Positions 17,920-29,201 are shown, counted from the first letter of the stretch. The stretch: DNA of 44,521 nucleotides from Candidatus Woesearchaeota archaeon (GCA_003695435.1 RFJL01000039.1:1-44521), one strand, 5' to 3'. The notes: generated from the sequence alone by a model not told the origin. Numbers and translations: made by a program.

Positions 17920-19458
17920 TTATTCAGTCACTTTTTTTCGCTTTTTCAACCGGGAATAACTAATTGAAAACCTATGCACACTATCACGCATAGACCGAAG
18001 TAAGAGCATCATCTCAGAGTTCTTATCAAAACGAAGCGGCTCATCTTCGTGAGGGATGAAAATCTCTTCATTCTTTTTTGCTAACGCAATAAGCGGGATC
18101 TGCAAGCCCAGTTGTTCAAGACTCCAAAGCGCAGCATTTAACTGTCCTTTCCCGCCATCAATAAGAATAAGATCGGGCATGCGAACATTCTCTTCACGAA
18201 GTCGAGAGTACCTTCGATACACTGCTTCTCGCATCGCAGCAAAATCATCTTGCTTATTCGTCTTAATCTCAAACCGCCGATAATTACTCCTATCTGGTTT
18301 AGCATCAACCCAACGGGTCATACCCGCAACAACCACTTCATCACCATAATTAGAAATATCAAAACACTCAATTATCCGAGGCACATCTGCAAGGTTGAGC
18401 GCTTCTTGAAGTTCCAAAAGCCTCTTATCCTCTTTTCTGATATTTGCTAACGCTAACTGCATAAGCCTCAACTTTTCTCCTCGTTGAGGCCGCGTAAGGG
18501 TCACCTTCGCACCTTTAATTCTCTGCAAATACTTCTCAATACTTGGATCTTCCACCTTCCTATTCACAATGATTTCCTGAGGAATGTAATTTTGAGAATA
18601 ATACAGTTTGAGAAACGACTCAAAGACATCATCTTGCATTTCAAATCTGAAATCTTGCCTTTTACTTATCACACCCTTATTAACAGATAAGAGCGAAAAA
18701 ACCGCAATAGTATCAAACTCCTCCATTACCACAACATCCTGGTCGAATCGTTTAAGCGTATCCACTGCTTGTTTTTCCTGCAAGTGCTCAATTGCTTCAA
18801 TCTGTCTCTTCTTCTCCAACGCCTGCTCAAAAAGAAGCTTGTCCGAAGCTTGTTTCATCTCCAAACGCAATTTCTTAACAACGTCTTTGACATCTCCCCT
18901 AAGAAACGCCCTTGCACCTTCAACCTGCTGTGCATAGTCGCTTTGAGACACGCGTCCAATACAAGGAGCAGTACAAAGTCCGATGTGATAATTAAGACAT
19001 GCTTTTTTAGGAAGCGTTCTGCACGTGCGTAATTTGAAGAGCTTAAGCGCTAATCTTCTCAATTCATTTCTTGCAGAACCATCAGTAAAGGGGCCAAAAA
19101 ACTCACCTTTCTTATCAACGCTCCTCGTAGAGATGAGCCGAGGATATTGTTCATCAGTAAGTTTAAGATACGCATACGTTTTTGCATCTTTGAGTAGAAC
19201 GTTATATTTTGGCTTGTGTTGTTTGATGAGTTTGTTTTCCAGAAGAAGCGCTTCTACTTCATTACCAACTACGATGTAATCAATATCAGCAATTTGAGAA
19301 ACTAAGAATTGTGTTTTGGGTGTTTTAGGAGACCTGTCAAAGTACTGCCTAACCCTCTGCCTGAGTTTTTTTGCTTTACCTACATAGATAATGTTGCCCT
19401 CTTTATTCTTGAAAAGATAACAACCAGGCTCAAGAGGAATGTTTTTTAGAGGAATCAT
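17920..19458 (-). CDS. uvrC: Excinuclease ABC subunit C (no C-terminal HhH domain)
   Basis: GIY-YIG (GCYLF..IIYVGKAK.LR.RV..YF), Cys cluster, UVR domain, RNase H-like IECFDISN / LIDGGKGQL. Confidence 0.97.
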   Translation of the reverse strand: MIPLKNIPLEPGCYLFKNKEGNIIYVGKAKKLRQRVRQYFDRSPKTPKTQFLVSQIADIDYIVVGNEVEALLLENKLIKQHKPKYNVLLKDAKTYAYLKLTDEQYPRLISTRSVDKKGEFFGPFTDGSARNELRRLALKLFKLRTCRTLPKKACLNYHIGLCTAPCIGRVSQSDYAQQVEGARAFLRGDVKDVVKKLRLEMKQASDKLLFEQALEKKRQIEAIEHLQEKQAVDTLKRFDQDVVVMEEFDTIAVFSLLSVNKGVISKRQDFRFEMQDDVFESFLKLYYSQNYIPQEIIVNRKVEDPSIEKYLQRIKGAKVTLTRPQRGEKLRLMQLALANIRKEDKRLLELQEALNLADVPRIIECFDISNYGDEVVVAGMTRWVDAKPDRSNYRRFEIKTNKQDDFAAMREAVYRRYSRLREENVRMPDLILIDGGKGQLNAALWSLEQLGLQIPLIALAKKNEEIFIPHEDEPLRFDKNSEMMLLLRSMRDSVHRFSISYSRLKKRKKVTE

Positions 19459-19514
19459 TGCGGTTAAAAATTCCTCGTACTATATAAAAACCACCGCGTA
19501 GGACGAAGTAACAG

Positions 19515-22355
19515 CTACAAAAGAGGTTTCAAAAACTTTGCAGTATGACTCTTCTTTACTTTGATAATGTCTTCAGGCGTTCCCTGTGCAACAATTTCTC
19601 CTCCACCTGTTCCGCCTTCCGGGCCAAGATCTATGATGTAATCACAGCACTTTACCACATCCAAATTATGTTCAATGACGTAGGCAGTGTTTCCCTTTTC
19701 AACAAGCCTATTAAGAACTGCTAAAAGCTTACGAGTATCTTCAAAGTGAAGGCCTGTTGTAGGCTCATCAAGAAGATACACCGTATTTCCTCGTTTATAT
19801 TTTGCAAGTTCTCTTGTAAGTTTTATACGCTGACTCTCCCCTCCAGAAAGCGTTGTTGCGCTCTGTCCCAATTTAATGTAGCCAAGACCCACATCAAACA
19901 ATGTTTCGATCTTTCTTCTCATAGAAGGGTGGTTTTCAAAAAAGGGAAGGGCCTCTTCTACCGTCATGTCCAAAACATCTGCGATGTTCTTTCCCTTATA
20001 CGTTACTTCAAGTGTTTCTTTATTATACCGTTTGCCCTTGCAGTCCTCACACTCAACATAGACGTCAGGCAAGAAATTCATCTCAATCTTGATAAGTCCA
20101 TCACCAGCACAGGTCTCACACCTGCCACCAGGAACATTAAAAGAAAACCTCCCCGGTTTATACCCTCTTTTCTTTGCTTCCTTGGTTTCAGAAAACAATT
20201 TTCTAATATCATCAAAAAGCTTCGTGTACGTTGCAGGATTAGAACGCGGCGTTTTACCAATAGGTTCTTGATCAATGACAATAACGTTTTGTATTGTTTG
20301 AGGCACTTTGAGTTTTTTGTGCTTACCAATTTTCGACTCTCTTGCACCAAAATATTTTTTCATTGCGGGAATGAGTGTTTGATTCATCAGCGTTGATTTT
20401 CCAGAACCTGAAACGCCGGTAATACCACAAAGAACGCCTGTGGGAAAGCGAACATCAATATTTTTAAGATTGTTTTCTGCGCAGCCTTTAAGTTCAATAA
20501 AGTCAAGAGGTTTTCTACGCGTCAGCGGAACTTCAATCTTCTGCCTCCCAGAAAGATACGCACCAGTAAGAGACTCTTTATTCTTCATGATTTGTTTTGG
20601 AGTTCCCTGAGCAACAATGTGGCCTCCGTGAACACCTGCGCCAGGACCAATATCTATGATGTGATCAGCAGATTTCATGGTGTCTTCATCATGCTCAACG
20701 ACGATCAAAGTATTTCCAAGATCTCGCAACCTATGCAACGTATCAATGAGTTTCGCATTATCTCGTTGATGCAATCCAATACTTGGCTCATCAAGAATGT
20801 ACAAAACACCCATCAAGTTAGAGCCAATCTGTGTTGCGAGTCTGATACGTTGAGCTTCCCCACCAGAAAGCGTCCTTGCAGACCTTGAAAGAGTAAGATA
20901 TGATAGTCCCACGTTATTAAGAAAGCCCAACCTGTCAGTAATTTCCTTTAACACTTGTTTTGCAATAAACCTCTCTTTTTCAGAGAGTTTTAAGTTCTTG
21001 AAAAAGTCCAAAGAATCCTTAATGTTCATATCCGTCACATCAATAATGGACTTTCCATTAATCTTAACCGCGAGAATTTCATCCCGTAATCGTTTCCCTT
21101 TACATGTTTTACAGGGTTTTGTTGTCATAAGCTGTTCAAATTTCTCCCTGCGATAATTAGAATCCGTATCTCTCCACAAACGCATGGTCTGAGGGATAAC
21201 TCCTTCCCAACCATTTTCCATATTCATAGAAGCACCATTACTCCACTTCGCTTTAATGGGCTTTGACGTACCATACAACAACACCTCTCTTTGCTTTTTA
21301 GTAAGCTCTCGTATAGGTGTGAATACCGTAAAGCCAAACTGTTTTCCCACTGCTTGAATCTGCTGACCCCTCCAAGAAAGATCCATCTTACCATAACAGG
21401 CAAGAGCGCCATCCATAACACTCAACGAATCATCAGGAATGAGCAAATCCTCATCAATAATCATATGCTCGCCAATGCCGTTACACGTAGGACAAGCACC
21501 AAAAGGCGAATTAAAAGAAAACATCTTCGGCTCAAGTTCTTTGAACACTACTTCGGGATGTTTAGGACAAGCACCAAAGGTGGAATAAATGTGCTCAGCG
21601 TTTTGACGCTCAATTTCTTTAAGCTTTGAGAAATCTTTTTTCGCATCAACAACCTTAACTGTGCCCTTTCCCTTGTGCACTGCTTGCTCCACAGCATCAC
21701 TTATCCTAAGACGATTATCTTCAGAGATAACGATGCGATCAATAACTGCTTCAACCCAATGTTTTTCGTACCGTTCGAGCTTTGGTTTAAACTCATCAAG
21801 ACGATACACCACACCATCAACGCGCACTCGCACATAACCTTCTTTTTTCAAATCCTCAAAGACTTTTTCATGAGTTCCTTTTTTTCCGTCAAGAATTGGT
21901 GCGAGGATAAGGACTTCCTTGCCCGTATCAGAGAGGATAAGATTCACAATGTTTTCTGCAGATTGCGGTTTAATTGCAGAACCGCACTTAGGACAATGCG
22001 CAGTACCAATACGTGCAAAAAGTAGTCTAAAATAATCATAGATCTCCGTAACCGTTCCAACCGTTGATCGCGGATTCTTACTCGTCGTCTTTTGCTCAAT
22101 AGAAATTGCAGGACTAAGACCCTCAATAGAATCAATATCTGGTTTGCTCATCAATCCCAAGAACTGTCTTGCATACGCACTGAGTGATTCAACATACCTT
22201 CTCTGACCCTCAGCATAGATCGTATCAAACGCCAAGGTAGATTTTCCACTACCTGAAAGACCTGTAATAACAACTAGCTTATTTCGAGGAATGGTTACTG
22301 TGATGTTTTTAAGATTGTGTTCCCTTGCACCACGCACTACTAAATTCTTCTGCAT
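19515..22355 (-). CDS. uvrA: Excinuclease ABC subunit A
   Basis: [17 protein letters not shown], two ABC cassettes with LSGGE, zinc fingers. Confidence 0.99.
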   Translation of the reverse strand: MQKNLVVRGAREHNLKNITVTIPRNKLVVITGLSGSGKSTLAFDTIYAEGQRRYVESLSAYARQFLGLMSKPDIDSIEGLSPAISIEQKTTSKNPRSTVGTVTEIYDYFRLLFARIGTAHCPKCGSAIKPQSAENIVNLILSDTGKEVLILAPILDGKKGTHEKVFEDLKKEGYVRVRVDGVVYRLDEFKPKLERYEKHWVEAVIDRIVISEDNRLRISDAVEQAVHKGKGTVKVVDAKKDFSKLKEIERQNAEHIYSTFGACPKHPEVVFKELEPKMFSFNSPFGACPTCNGIGEHMIIDEDLLIPDDSLSVMDGALACYGKMDLSWRGQQIQAVGKQFGFTVFTPIRELTKKQREVLLYGTSKPIKAKWSNGASMNMENGWEGVIPQTMRLWRDTDSNYRREKFEQLMTTKPCKTCKGKRLRDEILAVKINGKSIIDVTDMNIKDSLDFFKNLKLSEKERFIAKQVLKEITDRLGFLNNVGLSYLTLSRSARTLSGGEAQRIRLATQIGSNLMGVLYILDEPSIGLHQRDNAKLIDTLHRLRDLGNTLIVVEHDEDTMKSADHIIDIGPGAGVHGGHIVAQGTPKQIMKNKESLTGAYLSGRQKIEVPLTRRKPLDFIELKGCAENNLKNIDVRFPTGVLCGITGVSGSGKSTLMNQTLIPAMKKYFGARESKIGKHKKLKVPQTIQNVIVIDQEPIGKTPRSNPATYTKLFDDIRKLFSETKEAKKRGYKPGRFSFNVPGGRCETCAGDGLIKIEMNFLPDVYVECEDCKGKRYNKETLEVTYKGKNIADVLDMTVEEALPFFENHPSMRRKIETLFDVGLGYIKLGQSATTLSGGESQRIKLTRELAKYKRGNTVYLLDEPTTGLHFEDTRKLLAVLNRLVEKGNTAYVIEHNLDVVKCCDYIIDLGPEGGTGGGEIVAQGTPEDIIKVKKSHTAKFLKPLL

Positions 22356-22461
22356 AGTCTAAAAAAACGAAAAAAGGTTTAAGAAAGTTGTGATTAGTGA
22401 GAACTACACGTTGCAGTCACATCAAACATACAACTATTTTTTCTAAACTCCTTACAATATC

Positions 22462-24381
22462 CTAAACCTCTTTCTTGAGCCTCTCCAAGGTATCTCGTAT
22501 CTCAATTGCCTTCTCAAAATCTAATTCATCAGCAGCGCGTCTCATCTGCGCTTCAAGATCTGCAATTTTTTTCACAATATCATCATAGGCCATGTGCTTG
22601 ACACCTTTGATCTCACGTCCCTTCTGCGCAACTTTCTTACGAATTGTAGTTGGTGTTATGCCATGTTTCTTGTTGAACGCTATTTGCGCCCTGCGACGTG
22701 CATGTGTTTTTGAAATTGCAGCTTCCATTGACTTTGTTATGGTATCTGCGTACATAATGACGTGGCCGTTTTCATTACGCGCAGCTCTTCCAATCGTTTG
22801 AATAAGTGAGGTCTCATTACGCAAGTATCCTTCTTTATCCGCGTCAAGAATAGCAACCAATGACACTTCCGGAAGGTCCAGTCCTTCACGCAACAGATTA
22901 ATTCCTACAAGGACGTCAAACTCACCTGCACGCAACTGTCTGATCAGCTCAATCCTATCAAGGCTATCAATATCTGAGTGCATATAACGAACGGAAATAT
23001 CTTGTTGGGAGAGGTAATTCGTTAAATCTTCTGCCATGCGTTTTGTGAGTGTTGTTATCAACACACGCTCATCTTGATCTACTCTCTTCTTAATTTCTTT
23101 AATCAAATCAGGAATTTGGTTCTTCGTAGGACGAACCTCTACTTGAGGATCAAGAAGTCCTGTGGGCCGAATAATAAGCTCAACAACTTGGCCTGAATGT
23201 TCTAGTTCATACGGACCAGGAGTTGCTGAGACAAACAACACCCGACGAAAATACTTTTCAAACTCCTCAAACTTAAGCGGACGGTTATCAAGAGCAGAAG
23301 GGAGCCTAAACCCAAAATCAACAAGGTTTTTCTTACGTGAGTAATCTCCTTTGTACATGCCATGTGCTTGAGGTATTGTTTGGTGTGATTCGTCAATGAT
23401 GAGCAAGAAATCCTCCGGAAAATAATCAAGAAGCGTAAACGGAGGCTCACCTGGTTTGCGCGATTCAAAGTGGCGAGAATAATTCTCAATACCCGAACAA
23501 TACCCCATCTCCTCAATCATCTCAAGATCATAGTTCGTTCTTTTCTCCAAACGCTGCCGTTCAAGTTCAGGAAGCTCTGGCAATCTTTTGTGAAGTTCAG
23601 CTCTGATACTCTCAATGGCCTTTTTTTGTTTTTCTTCAACCACGACGAATTGCTTTGCAGGAAATATCTTAATAGCATCAAGATGTGTGATGACATCACC
23701 TGTTACGTGATCAACTTCTTGCAAGCGTTCAATCTCATCACCAAAGAGTTCAATACGAATAATCTCTTCATCGTAAGCGGGAATAACCTCAATAACATCT
23801 CCGCGTACCCTAAACTTTCCAGGTTCAAGTGCGTCACGCGTACGCTCATACTGCATCTCCACAAGATGTGTAATCAGATCATCACGCTTAATAGCATCAA
23901 GCTTCTTGAGTTGCAACGAGAGTTGAGCAAAATCCTGCGGATCCGTAAGACCATAAATACAGGAAATAGATGCGACCACAATAACGTCATCACGCGCAAG
24001 CAAAGACGCAGTTGCCTTAAGGCGCATTTTCTCAATCTGCTCATTTACTGTTGATTCTTTTTCAATATAGGTATCAGATGAAGGAAGATATGATTCTGGC
24101 TGATAATAATCATAGTACGAAATGAAATACTCCACCTTGTTTTCTGGAAATAATTCTTTGAGCTCTTGGTAGAGTTGAGCTGCAAGTGTTTTATTATGTG
24201 CTAAAACTAGTGTAGGGCGCTGAACTTTTTCAATGACATTTGCCATAACAAATGTCTTTCCCGAACCCGTAATACCTAGAAGGGTTTGCTTAGGATATTT
24301 CTTAAAACCTTCAACAACTTTCTTGATTGCTTCTGGCTGGCCTCCTGCGGGCTTGTATTCAGATCTAAGATGGAATTTCAC
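22462..24381 (-). CDS. uvrB: Excinuclease ABC subunit B
   Basis: [16 protein letters not shown] beta-hairpin, [23 protein letters not shown]-terminal UVR domain; GTG start. Confidence 0.99.
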   Translation of the reverse strand: MKFHLRSEYKPAGGQPEAIKKVVEGFKKYPKQTLLGITGSGKTFVMANVIEKVQRPTLVLAHNKTLAAQLYQELKELFPENKVEYFISYYDYYQPESYLPSSDTYIEKESTVNEQIEKMRLKATASLLARDDVIVVASISCIYGLTDPQDFAQLSLQLKKLDAIKRDDLITHLVEMQYERTRDALEPGKFRVRGDVIEVIPAYDEEIIRIELFGDEIERLQEVDHVTGDVITHLDAIKIFPAKQFVVVEEKQKKAIESIRAELHKRLPELPELERQRLEKRTNYDLEMIEEMGYCSGIENYSRHFESRKPGEPPFTLLDYFPEDFLLIIDESHQTIPQAHGMYKGDYSRKKNLVDFGFRLPSALDNRPLKFEEFEKYFRRVLFVSATPGPYELEHSGQVVELIIRPTGLLDPQVEVRPTKNQIPDLIKEIKKRVDQDERVLITTLTKRMAEDLTNYLSQQDISVRYMHSDIDSLDRIELIRQLRAGEFDVLVGINLLREGLDLPEVSLVAILDADKEGYLRNETSLIQTIGRAARNENGHVIMYADTITKSMEAAISKTHARRRAQIAFNKKHGITPTTIRKKVAQKGREIKGVKHMAYDDIVKKIADLEAQMRRAADELDFEKAIEIRDTLERLKKEV

Positions 24382-24436
24382 TAATTTACAAAAAAATTGG
24401 CCGTTTAAATACTTTTCAATATCGCCTGAGAAAAAC

Positions 24437-24467
24437 TTATAAACTATAGATATCTATAGATATCTAT
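24437..24467 (+). promoter_or_regulatory. TATA box and 22-bp perfect palindrome (putative toxin-antitoxin operator)
   Basis: TTATAAA at 24437-24443; ATAGATATCTATAGATATCTAT at 24446-24467 overlaps the antitoxin ATG. Confidence 0.75.
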
Positions 24468-24687
24468 GGCTCTCACGAGTATTCAAGTCAGCAAAAGCCT
24501 TGTCGAAGAACTCAAGAAAAGAAAGATGCATCCTAATGAATCCTATGAAGAGGTCATCTGGGATGCATTGGAAGATTCTCTTGAACTTTCAGAAGAGACA
24601 AAACGACGGGTCAAATTAGCTGAGGCAGATATCAAGGCAGGTAGAGTATACACTCTTGAACAAGTCAAGAAAGAACTAGGTCTGTAA
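24466..24687 (+). CDS. Antitoxin (RHH-like, RelB-type partner)
   Basis: TSIQVSK.L...LK..K....SYEEVI; C-terminal A.ADIKAGRVYTLEQVKKELGL; directly upstream of the toxin. Confidence 0.85.
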   Translation: MALTSIQVSKSLVEELKKRKMHPNESYEEVIWDALEDSLELSEETKRRVKLAEADIKAGRVYTLEQVKKELGL

Positions 24688-24936
24688 ATGTTTGATCTTA
24701 TCTTTACCGCACAGGCAAAGAAATTCTTAAAGAAACTTGACAAGAGTGAGAGTGCACGTATCATCGCAACGCTTGAACGGTGCAGAGTACGACCTCATGC
24801 ATATGCAAAAAAACTTGTCGCATCTCCTTATTTCAGGATCCGTGCAGGAGGGTATAGGATCATTGTCGACATCAGTTCAGGCGATCTAATCATTCTTGTT
24901 ATTGAGATCGATCACAGGAGAAGAGTTTACAAATGA
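24688..24936 (+). CDS. relE: RelE/ParE family toxin
   Basis: AKKFLKKL, FRIRAGGYRIIV, I.HRRRVYK. Confidence 0.9.
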   Translation: MFDLIFTAQAKKFLKKLDKSESARIIATLERCRVRPHAYAKKLVASPYFRIRAGGYRIIVDISSGDLIILVIEIDHRRRVYK

Positions 24937-25935
24937 TTACTCCCTTGCAATATTATATCTCTCCCTTGCTTCTTCTTCAATAAGTTTGAGATCAAGACCG
25001 CAGTCGTTCTTCGGATGAATGAGGCGAGTTTCCCAACGATTGTTGCGTGTACCAATAGAGGTCTCTTCATATTCACGCAACACCCCTACAACATCCTTTC
25101 CATCAAGATGCACAAAGACATCTGAAGAGCTTGGCGTTACTTTCGATTCAACTTCTCCTCGATTGAGTTCGTTAATAAGACTCGCAGTCACTATTTCTAA
25201 GGATGCTTCAGCAAATTCACCAAAACCACCATATCCTGCAATGTAAATAGGTGCAGCCATTTGCTCTTCTCTTCGACGAGTACAACCCGCCCACACAACA
25301 TAGGGCATTGCCAAGACATCACCCGATCTGCTCTTAAGAGGGTGTTGTGCAAGAGCAATGCTTTCACGAAACTGAGTTTCTTGCTGAGGGCTCATATTCC
25401 TCAAAGATGCTTGCTCATGAACATAACGAGAAGGATTTGCCACAAGAACACTAAGGGCAGAAGCAAGCCGATTGCGAGCACCATATTTCTCAACCGTCTG
25501 AGGTGAATAGGCCTTATAGATAGCTTCTGCTTGAATATGCTTAGTTCTTGTAATCTTTGTACGATCTTCTCTTCTTGAATACAACCACTCATTGTTAAGT
25601 ATTCTCAATGCGGTTTTAATCATCTCTCCCAGCGGAAGAAACACACCTCTGCTCATTGCATTCTCATAAAGAAGGGTCACACCATCATCTTGCATTTCTT
25701 CACGAACAGCCTGTCTAAAATCCTTTGAAGGAACTTCTTCACGAACCGGTTCAGTTCCTTCTGCAGTTTCAAGAATGTACTCTCCTGGCAAGAATAGACC
25801 CCCTTTATCGTCAAGGTCTCCTTTTGCTTGTTCAGCAGTAAGTGGTGGAGCAGTGCCTTGAAGCGTCTTGTGAAGAAGACTCTATGCAGTATCTGTGCGA
25901 AGAGCAATCAATTCTGTTACGAGTGCTGTTCCCAC
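24937..25935 (-). pseudogene. Divergent diadenylate-cyclase (DisA_N)-like gene interrupted by one in-frame TAG (or intact from TTG 25791)
   Basis: GTG 25935 after AAGGAG is in frame with 24937..25791 apart from TAG at 25882-25884. Motifs DDGVTLL, VFLPL and YGARNRLASALS resemble DAC HDGA / LPL / GTRHRAA. Confidence 0.5.
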
Positions 25936-26130
25936 TAACTCCTTTTTAGTAACCAGACTCCTCTTCGGCTTTGCTCGTCTCTTATATATCTTAGTAAGAA
26001 AAAATACTACTTTGTTGCTATGTACATAGCATTTGGCAAAAATAAGCAAAGATGTAAGCACTGATAAGTGCATATGCGCATTCTGAGAAAATACAAGTCT
26101 TTAAAACGTCCGCTCCTTTTTCAATCATGT

Positions 26131-26520
26131 ATGAGTACACAGCACACCGAAGAAGAATTCAAAAAGAAACTCACCAAAGAACAATACGCTGTTCTGAGAG
26201 AAAAAGGTACCGAGCCACCAGGCACAAGTCCGCTTCTTCACAATAAAGACAAAGGAGATTACAAGTGTGCTGCTTGCGGACAAACACTCTTCAAGTCCGA
26301 TGCAAAATTTGATTCAGGGACTGGCTGGCCCAGTTTTGATCAAGCAATCCCTGGAGCAGTTGAGTACAAAGAGGATCATACGTTTTTCATGAAACGAACA
26401 GAAGTTGTCTGCTCCGCATGCGGATCGCACTTAGGACATGTCTTTGATGACGGACCCAAAGAGACCACGGGAAAACGATACTGCATAAATGGATGCGCCT
26501 TAGCCTTCAAGAAGAAGTGA
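26131..26520 (+). CDS. msrB: Peptide-methionine (R)-S-oxide reductase
   Basis: GTEPP, CAACG, KFDSGTGWPSF, CSACGSHLGHVFDDGP, RYCIN. Confidence 0.97.
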   Translation: MSTQHTEEEFKKKLTKEQYAVLREKGTEPPGTSPLLHNKDKGDYKCAACGQTLFKSDAKFDSGTGWPSFDQAIPGAVEYKEDHTFFMKRTEVVCSACGSHLGHVFDDGPKETTGKRYCINGCALAFKKK

Positions 26521-27022
26521 ACGTCTCATAGAATTTTTCAAGCAAGTCAAACCACGTCTCAATCGCGTTGGGATAATTATCAATGAGCTTTCCCCCGCTC
26601 ATTTCAATGTAACTGGTGATCTGCGGATTCACCTTTGCTGCCAAGTTCTCCGCAAGACGAAGATCTGAGCGCAAAGCGAAGATAGGGCCGATCTCACGTC
26701 CTGCGTAAAAACCGATCTCTCCTGAAACACCATCATCAAGCGCATGTCCTCCATCAAGGATTGCGCCCATGCAATCAGACTCAATCATGCCTTTGTTATT
26801 CGTAGGACCTACTTGCCTGTTGAACTCCTCCCAAAACCTTTGATGGCCCGAAGCCTTATCACAGATCTCAAGAACGCTTAAGTCAAGAAGCTTGCCGCAC
26901 TCTACAAAAGGGTCAAAGACATCAAAACCGATCTCTTTAAGCCGGGGTATGAAAAGGTGATCAAGGACATAACGCCCAGTCTCAGAAAATCCTAATTGGT
27001 TAGCAAGGTAAATTGTGACCAT
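26507..27022 (-). CDS. Nucleoside 2-deoxyribosyltransferase family protein
   Basis: IYLANQLGFSE, FDPF, LDG...DDGVSGEIGF, R.D.R...NL. Confidence 0.85.
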   Translation of the reverse strand: MVTIYLANQLGFSETGRYVLDHLFIPRLKEIGFDVFDPFVECGKLLDLSVLEICDKASGHQRFWEEFNRQVGPTNNKGMIESDCMGAILDGGHALDDGVSGEIGFYAGREIGPIFALRSDLRLAENLAAKVNPQITSYIEMSGGKLIDNYPNAIETWFDLLEKFYETFTSS

Positions 27023-27068
27023 GGTGCTCCAGTTGATGCATTCTTTTTTAAACTTTGGTGAGAAAAGA

Positions 27069-27830
27069 TCAAAACAGTTCATCAGATCGTAGCACTTGCA
27101 TCTCTTTAAGCGCGTTTTTTATGCCTTTAATCATATTTCCCTTGCCACGCCTAAGCAAATCCTGTACGAGATCAGGAATTCTTGTAAGCAACATCTTATC
27201 TTTACTTTCAAGCACCGCATTGAAGTAATTCGGAGCAACATTAGCAGGACCCAATACATAATGAGAAACTCCAAGATCAAAAGAGTCTTCCAAAAGATCC
27301 ACGTGTCCTTGTATGACCTTGAATGTTTCCGATTGCACATCAAGCAATTGGTGAAAATACCCGATCTGGCCTGAACTATCTTTAATGCCAGCAACACTTT
27401 GCTTATACTCGTCCACAACGTCAAGAGGTAAGTTTTCTCCTCGGTGAATTTCTGGATTATTGTAGAGGTAAAGAGGAAGCTCGCTCATATCAAGACAGGT
27501 CTCAATCACCTCACGAGGATTCTCATAACAAGCAGGTGCAAGAACAATGCTCTTAGCAGTACTCTTATTTGCCAGTTCTACTAGCACTTTTGTCTCCTCA
27601 AGAGAACTAGCGGTAACACCAATCCATACCGGTTTTGTTGCAAGCGTTGTTGTAAGATCAATGAGTTTTTCTTTTTGTTCAAGAGTTAATTTTTGAAACT
27701 CTCCTGTGGTGCCCAAGATGAAATGCGCATCAACAAAAGAATCCTCTAAGAAAAGAAGCAAATTGCGCAGTGATTCAACATCAATGTGTAGATCTTTTTT
27801 AGGAGTTACCAGTGGAACAATAAGCGCCAT
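27069..27830 (-). CDS. Dihydrodipicolinate synthase/class I aldolase family protein
   Basis: PLVTP, LGTTGE, YLYNNP, GIKDSSG Schiff-base Lys. Confidence 0.9.
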   Translation of the reverse strand: MALIVPLVTPKKDLHIDVESLRNLLLFLEDSFVDAHFILGTTGEFQKLTLEQKEKLIDLTTTLATKPVWIGVTASSLEETKVLVELANKSTAKSIVLAPACYENPREVIETCLDMSELPLYLYNNPEIHRGENLPLDVVDEYKQSVAGIKDSSGQIGYFHQLLDVQSETFKVIQGHVDLLEDSFDLGVSHYVLGPANVAPNYFNAVLESKDKMLLTRIPDLVQDLLRRGKGNMIKGIKNALKEMQVLRSDELF

Positions 27831-27842
27831 ACTCTCGTTGAA

Positions 27843-28319
27843 TCACTTCAACTCATAAACATATCGGTTAAGTTCAAGAGAAAAACGAAACCCTTGTTTC
27901 ATCGCGGCTTGATCGTACCTTTTGAAAAGGCGCTCATAATTACTCTCGTTACAACCAGGAATAAGATCTGCGGGAAGAACCATTATGGCCTCGTAATCCC
28001 AGCCGGAAAATCTTTTTTTGGCAGCGTAGAGAAGTGATTCATCCCAACGAAGAGGGGTGAGCTCTTTATACGCACCACGTGCACCTTGTATTTGCAAACA
28101 CTCAACAATAGTATCAAGACTAGAACAACCCGCAAATGCAACAACCCTCCCCCCAGTGCAAATGGTAGGCCCAAAAGGCGCAATATCGGGCAGGTAGGGA
28201 ATGTTGCCCTGAGGAGGAAGTTCCTCATAAGCAAAACCAAAGGAGTACTCCTCAGGTCTAACGGGAAGGCCTGTTCCGTTAATAAAGAATTCTCGAGGAA
28301 TCTCTGCAAGCGTCGTCAT
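27843..28319 (-). CDS. Hypothetical protein
   Basis: 158-aa ORF, first of a co-oriented three-gene unit, with TTTTTAAATA upstream. Confidence 0.65.
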   Translation of the reverse strand: MTTLAEIPREFFINGTGLPVRPEEYSFGFAYEELPPQGNIPYLPDIAPFGPTICTGGRVVAFAGCSSLDTIVECLQIQGARGAYKELTPLRWDESLLYAAKKRFSGWDYEAIMVLPADLIPGCNESNYERLFKRYDQAAMKQGFRFSLELNRYVYELK

Positions 28320-28442
28320 TGTATGCTTGCGTCCAAAAGAGCCTATTTAAAAATGTTCGCACGTACATGCAAATCCCTCTTAGAATCATTCTTGTTAATA
28401 TCCGTTTAGTCTATATAGGAGAAGTTCTTCTCACCAAGTACT

Positions 28443-28913
28443 ATGAAAGATCCATACGCACATCTTAACATTAGGTCTTTTACGTTCTGGGATCTCTACC
28501 TCCATGAACAACAATACCCTTATGTTGGGCGTAGCTATGCATGGGCCAAAAGAGATGCAAACACGGTCTTAGAAATAACTGCACAAGAACGTGAAGAACT
28601 CTATACTCTCATCATTCCAGCGTGGTGGAAAGTACTCAAACAACTCTTTAACCCTGATAGACCAAACATAGCTTGTTTTGGAAATGAAGCGCCTCACTTA
28701 CATTATCACTTGATCCCTCGCTACCGGCATAATGTTTTTGTTCAAGGAATTCCTTTCACCGACCCCAAACCTGATAAGAACTACGCTCCCTATGAAAAAA
28801 GGGTTCTACCGGTTGAAGTTCTTTGCCATATCAAAGAGGAGATGCAAAGCACGATCGAGAAAATAGTGGAAGAATTGGTGTCATCACAAGGAGACAAAAC
28901 CAGTTTTAAATAA
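28443..28913 (+). CDS. HIT family hydrolase
   Basis: NIACFGNEAPHLHYHLIPR histidine triad. Confidence 0.92.
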   Translation: MKDPYAHLNIRSFTFWDLYLHEQQYPYVGRSYAWAKRDANTVLEITAQEREELYTLIIPAWWKVLKQLFNPDRPNIACFGNEAPHLHYHLIPRYRHNVFVQGIPFTDPKPDKNYAPYEKRVLPVEVLCHIKEEMQSTIEKIVEELVSSQGDKTSFK

Positions 28914-28934
28914 GAGTGTGCCCTCGTTTCTTTT

Positions 28935-29201
28935 ATGAATATTAAAATCAGAACCACAACCAAACACTTACAAGCACGCCAAGAGTTTAAAACATCTGTA
29001 AAAGAAATTATGATCCATGAAGATTTACTTAATCCAAAAAATGAAACCATTGCAATAGGCTTTGCGCAAGGAGAATCTTCAGGAATCATAGAATTTACCG
29101 TTGCAGAATTTGAAAAACTCTACAACGAAGTCAAAGACAAAATGCACCTCATTAAAAGCTTCAAAAAATTTGAAACAGGAGGAGCACTTCTCTTCAAATG
29201 A
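28935..29201 (+). CDS. Hypothetical protein
   Basis: 88-aa ORF; ATGA overlap with the next gene. Confidence 0.75.
   Translation: MNIKIRTTTKHLQARQEFKTSVKEIMIHEDLLNPKNETIAIGFAQGESSGIIEFTVAEFEKLYNEVKDKMHLIKSFKKFETGGALLFK

Noticed and set aside
18056..24442. Numerous antisense and alternative-frame ORFs within uvrABC
   Set aside because: Shadow ORFs of well-conserved genes, with no motifs of their own.
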